Source: Rotaria sordida (taxonomy: Eukaryota). Taken from it: a stretch of DNA of 11,833 bases. Position 1 is the stretch's first letter; each line of letters opens with the position of its first letter. The notes beneath the pieces are model-generated. The model was given only the letters and a program-made list of their open reading frames with translations. It had not been told where the DNA came from and did not search any database. This document shows positions 7,141 to 11,833 of this stretch, in pieces. A program made the translations under genes and the position numbers. The DNA lies in contig CAJNOH010000912.1 of assembly GCA_905250005.1 (NCBI GenBank), forward strand, positions 4,079-15,911, in the 5' to 3' direction.

Positions 7141-9382
7141 GCAAATGTGTTATTCGTCATGAAACTATGTCAAGTTTATATGATGATAAAACAGGCAAGA
7201 GAGCGAGAAGATTTCTCTTTTTTTTTTGCATCACACAAACATCGTTCTCGGATAAATCAATCATTTTGATATTGAAAGAAATCTACTAACATTGTACATC
7301 GACTCGATCAATCTCCATTGCATCTATACATATAGTTCGATATTCTAGTTATATTATTCAATGACATAGAAATGTAATCACCATTTCTCTTTTTCTTTTC
7401 TGTATGTCCTCTGATCTAAATATTGGACAAAAAAACAAAATATCTCACAAAAATTGCTATGAGCCGGTACGAATATATATATATGAGAAGTTCGTATTGA
7501 TATTAAGTAATAGTTTTTCGAAAAGGTGAATTTAACAATACAATAAATTTTAATGTTATATTTTATAAAACAAGTAAAGATAGTTGTAGAATGTATTTTC
7601 GAAAGAATTCAAGACTTAAGAATAAAGGTTTTCTTTCTATGTGTTTCAATGTAAAACTCTAATCGGAAAAAGTAGATTTTAAATAGATAAAATCTTGTCT
7701 GGTGAAGTAAAATTCTTTTCTCGATTCTTATAATAAATATGAATCTGTCATCAACATTTAATTTTTACTAGTATTTTAATCTCGAATTTTTCACAGAAAT
7801 TACAAATATTAAATAATTAAGTACAGTTATAATATTAAAAAAAAACAGCTGTTAGCACAATCCCTGCAGGACTAAAATGTGAAATACGATGGAGCTTCTG
7901 ATATTGTACAAAAAGAAGATTAATCAATATATGTTTCGATTTATGAATTTCTATTTACTATTCATGTATGTCGATGATGAAAATCGCGATATGTTGCCGT
8001 GAGTGTAAAAGGAAAGTAAAGAACCATTATCATACTAATTCCGCGGTGGACTTCGATCTTGCGGTTATAACTGTTCCATCTGTGTGGGGGAGCTTCAAAT
8101 TTCTATTCCTATACTTAAACAATTTGTAGGTTGTATTTTACATTAACAGCAAGTTTTTCATATCATGATATCTCGTCCCTAGTTTTTATGACAAAAAATA
8201 TTTAACGCTTATTATACTTCAAAGACATCAAAATGCAAATATTAGTTTGTGAAAAAAAAATTTGAACAATGTGATCTAATTAAAAGATCATTGTGAGAAA
8301 ATACATGCTTCAACTGGTATTGATGTAATAGAACACAGACAAGATTTTTCTAGCAAGATTATTAAGAGATTGATATGAATTAAGATGATTGATTAAATTT
8401 TCTGCCTGCAGAAAACTATTAATTTCTTCTGATTTCACAAGAAAATAAGAAAGAACAATTATCAAGCAATGATGTCAAATACACGCATAGAAATATCCAG
8501 AAATAAGAATAATCTCTTTGGCAAACTCTTATATGCTAGAAAAATTTATCTTCTCATATTAATACCATTTTTCTGGTATCATGTGGCTTTGTTATAATTA
8601 TAATTCCAAAATTCTCGAATATTTTAGTGAAACTACACTTTGTACCAGTAGTGCCTTTTAAGTTAGAGACATAAACAGGTAGAAAAGTATGTTCAACAAA
8701 TTCTTCAAACGTATACATGTTCGTTGATTAAGTTACATAAAATCAAAAAAAAAAAAGTACACTGAATCGTTTGTTTAAATCTTAAATGACTTTGTTTGCG
8801 CATAACATATTAACAGTGTAATGTTCGTTGTAGACATAAACAACGAAATAAGTATATGCACTTATATATAGAAATATGAAGCTAGAACGATAGTTGTCTC
8901 CTTTGTAAGTCTTGTTATCGTTCTATTAATTGATGAAAAAAAAAAAATTCTTATTTGAATTAAAAAAGAAACGCAACGTTAATCTAAACAGTATTCAAAT
9001 ATTAGAAATTTATATTTCGTGATTCAAGCTCTTCTTTCTCGTAAAGACTAAAATGCTCAAGGTTGATACATGAATAAGTTGTAGTTAAAAGTGAATATAC
9101 ATCAAATACTAAATAGAATGCACACTGTTTCAATTATCAATTCAATTCTTACAAGAATAATCTAGACAGTTGAATTTCAACACGAACGATTACATTATAT
9201 ACAATAGCTTTATTATTTGTTGATTGTCACGTCGAGTCAACTAAATGAATAGAAAATGAAAAACACGTGTAATATCAAATTACAAATAATGTCTGAAGAT
9301 GTATTAATTGAACAGTCTGAAAAAAAAACAAAACAACAGATGAACAATATATATATATGTTCATTTTATTTCGTGAATAAAA

Positions 9383-10459
9383 ATGTCTAAAGTACATTAT
9401 CAACTTTTTATACTTCTTTTTCTTATAATTACATTAATAAATTCTTATAATATTTCTTCATGCATTTCAAATACACCATGTCAATGTTATTTAACACAAT
9501 ATTCATTTAAATTATTCAATTGTTCACATACATTATCTGATATACCTATATTTAATTCAAAAATAATAGATAATATAACAAAAGTTATAGCACAAAATTC
9601 ATTTAATCAATGGCCAATTCAATTATGTAAATATTCAAATATTCAAATACTTGATTTAAGTGGTTCATATTTTAATTCAGAATTTATTGATTTATCATGT
9701 TTAATTTATTTAATACATTTAAATTTAAGTAATACACGATTAAATAATATTCCAAATTTTAATAAAAATTTTTCAAATCATTTACAAATACTTGATCTAT
9801 CAAATAATTATATAAAAATTCTTGATGGTTTATATTTTCAATCATTAAATAATTTAATTTCATTATTTTTACAAAATAATCCAATTAAAACTATTGAACA
9901 TTTAGAAATTTTTTTTTATTTATCAAATCTTGAAACAATTAATTTTATTTCATTAAATAGAGATATTACACTTAAACAATTAATAAATATAAATCAATGG
10001 ATTAATATATCACAACAATGGAATAATACAAAAAAAAATTTTTTTATTCGTATAAAAAATATTCCATTACAATTAATTCTACCAAATCCAGAACAATTTT
10101 CAATTATTTCAATTGATTCAATAAAAATTATTTTAAAAAAATTTATTAATTCAACATTTATTACTTTATTTAATACACCAAAATGTGTTTGTTCTCATCT
10201 TCGAATTTATCAACGAATATTTTCATTTATTGATTATCAAAAAAAATATTCATCATCATTATTTCAATCAACAACATGTCTTATGTCAGATGGAATAACT
10301 CATGCTCGTTTATTTGATCGTCGAACATATATTGACTTACGATGTCCATTATTTGGAAAAACTTTTTTTCCTTTAATAGAAAGTTCATCATCATCATCAT
10401 CATCATTAAACAATGTATTGATTCCTTTTTCTATTTTTTATTTGTTTTTAATGCATTGA
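9383..10459 (+). CDS. Secreted, probably GPI-anchored leucine-rich-repeat protein (LRRNT-LRR-LRRCT architecture), single exon
   Basis: 358-aa ORF with an in-frame TGA at 9374-9376 upstream of the ATG. Hydrophobic N-terminus MSKVHYQLFILLFLIITLINS (signal peptide). LRRNT-type Cys pattern C27-x5-C33-x-C35-x11-C47. At least 4-6 LRRs matching LxxLxLxxNxL (LQILDLSNNYIKIL, LIHLNLSNTRLNNIP, LISLFLQNNPIKTI, IQILDLSGSYF). LRRCT-like FNTPKCVCSHLRIYQRIF...TTCLMSDG...YIDLRCP. Multiple NxS/T sequons. The C-terminus is ESSSSSSSSLNNVLIPFSIFYLFLMH*: small residues then a terminal hydrophobic stretch with no cytoplasmic tail, typical of a GPI attachment signal. Confidence 0.82.
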   Translation: MSKVHYQLFILLFLIITLINSYNISSCISNTPCQCYLTQYSFKLFNCSHTLSDIPIFNSKIIDNITKVIAQNSFNQWPIQLCKYSNIQILDLSGSYFNSEFIDLSCLIYLIHLNLSNTRLNNIPNFNKNFSNHLQILDLSNNYIKILDGLYFQSLNNLISLFLQNNPIKTIEHLEIFFYLSNLETINFISLNRDITLKQLININQWINISQQWNNTKKNFFIRIKNIPLQLILPNPEQFSIISIDSIKIILKKFINSTFITLFNTPKCVCSHLRIYQRIFSFIDYQKKYSSSLFQSTTCLMSDGITHARLFDRRTYIDLRCPLFGKTFFPLIESSSSSSSSLNNVLIPFSIFYLFLMH

Positions 10460-11833
10460 GAAACAAAAAAAAAAGATGACTGTGTTTTTTTTTTCGTTTG
10501 TTTTCTTATCGAGGGTTTACAATAATAATAATTTTAGAGATTAGAAATTATATTACATAATTGAAATAATGTTAATTAAAATCTAAAAAACCACCATCTG
10601 AAAAATTCATAAATATAAATATATTATTTCTCATTTTAAAAATTTAATTTAGTACATACAATAATTTGTTTCATTATGATATTGATTGATTCTTGTAGAT
10701 GAATATTTTCTACTAGAATTAAAATCATTGATGACATAACCTAAATGATTATTTAATTTTTGTCATGTTATAGAATAGATTTACATTGGAATGACTTTAC
10801 TACTTGTCAGCTGATCGCTAACTTAGTTGAAAAATGATTGTCGTATGATAGTTTTCCAACAGGAAAATTAATCTGACATGAACTCAGAGATTTGCTTGAA
10901 TCAAAATTTGTTGAAATTCAAAACTAACCTCCAAGCATTACTTCCTTTCTTTTATTAAATATCTGTATCAAACATGAAAATAAAAATAATATGATTTGTT
11001 GAAAACGTTTGTGATATTTAAATATATTTGATTTTCATGAACAGAAAATAGTGACAAAAAGAAAGAGATCATTTCAACACTAATGATACTCTAAAATATA
11101 AAAAAGTTTATATATAACTAGTTGCCTATATAATAGAATCTTCATTTGTTTCAACAACGTCAATAAATTCAACCAACACATAAAAAAATACTGTTTTCAG
11201 TAAGATGAACTTCAAAATTTCTTGAAAAGTTGTAAAAAAAAAAAGAAGAAAATATTCCTAGTAGCTTTCTGGACGTCCAGTAACGCTCGACTCCCCCGTC
11301 CTTTAGGTTCGATTTTCTTGTTTCAGAATAGGAGCAAATCAGAAGAGCTGAAACATTCTCATTAATGTTCGTCTCTGTACAAAGTTTCAGGTCGAAATTC
11401 GAAAATTAGCTTTTCCCGGTGTTTGTGAGAAGGGCTGCAATTATCAAAATATTCCTTATCATTTCTCGAAAAATCAATTAGTAAAAATTACAAGAATCTA
11501 CAAAATAAGCCTTCATATATCTCATATTGATCTTAGAAATTATGATTAATACTTTTTTCAATCATATAATCTCTTCAATTCATTTGAGTATTCTTCATGA
11601 TTATGTTTATCGTAAGTTTTAATCAAATTATACGTAGATCTATCTATGCGCAAAATATCGTCATTTCATTCTTTTGTACACATACCATGCTATATGCTAA
11701 AATTTTAGTAAGATGTCTATAGCTTTATTGGGAAGTTCTACGCACCCTTATCATTTTAGAGTTTACCTTAAACATAGAGTCCGAACTCATGCACAATTTT
11801 CAAATTAGGAAGGCTATGTGCCAATATACATTG

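Noticed and set aside
9340-9390. 16-codon upstream ORF (ATG 9340, TAA 9388-9390) overlapping the LRR start codon, plus a TATA-like tatatatata at ~9347-9358
   Set aside because: Whether the uORF matters depends on an unknown transcription start. The TATA-like run is only ~25-35 nt from the ATG, too close for a conventional TATA-to-start-to-ATG layout, and (TA)n runs are common in DNA this AT-rich.
11269-11316. tRNA/SINE-like signal: GGTTCGATTTT (11306-11316) resembles a B-box/T-arm, preceded by the perfect 12-bp palindrome ctggacgtccag (11269-11280)
   Set aside because: I could not build an acceptor stem, D-arm or anticodon arm around it, and no A-box is present. It is probably a chance match or a very decayed SINE fragment.
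1-11833. Prokaryote-style content (operons, CRISPR arrays, defence islands, Shine-Dalgarno-led ORFs, rRNA/tRNA genes)
   Set aside because: None is present. The only long ORFs are an intron-containing nuclear receptor and a metazoan-type LRR ectodomain gene. No direct-repeat/spacer arrays or structured RNA genes could be recognised.

Overview
This window is AT-rich metazoan nuclear DNA, not prokaryotic: nuclear receptors are animal-specific, the genes have GT-AG introns, and there are no operons or CRISPR arrays. I can support two protein-coding genes, transcribed divergently about 2.3 kb apart. (1) On the minus strand, a 3-exon (possibly 4-exon) nuclear hormone receptor gene at 5317-6974 (perhaps to 7080). 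Splicing it by hand gives a continuous reading frame of about 494 aa: a Ser/Asn/Tyr/Gln-rich A/B domain, a C4-type two-zinc-finger DNA-binding domain, an NR1-like 'GM..D.IRFG..PK' extension, and about 250 aa of very divergent putative ligand-binding region. The DNA-binding domain has a non-canonical P-box (CEACKG) and a shortened second finger. (2) On the plus strand, an intronless 358-aa secreted leucine-rich-repeat protein at 9383-10459. It has a signal peptide, LRRNT and LRRCT cysteine caps, several NxS/T sequons, and a poly-Ser plus hydrophobic C-terminus that looks like a GPI-anchor signal. The remaining roughly 8 kb (1-5200, 7100-9380, 10460-11833) has no credible ORF and looks like decayed repeats or regulatory DNA. 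It includes two foldback inverted repeats (about 331-945 and 1751-1961), a roughly 60% GC island carrying GC-box-like motifs (about 1124-1258), a diverged tandem repeat of about 65-72 bp (4405-4579), a pair of paralogous modules (2480-2720 and 3474-3600), and microsatellites. Both genes are markedly more AT-rich than their flanks (about 18-20% GC versus 30-60% in hand-counted lines). All gene models come from reading the sequence by eye, with no database search or transcript evidence. I cannot identify the species, and I see no evidence of a multi-gene system here.
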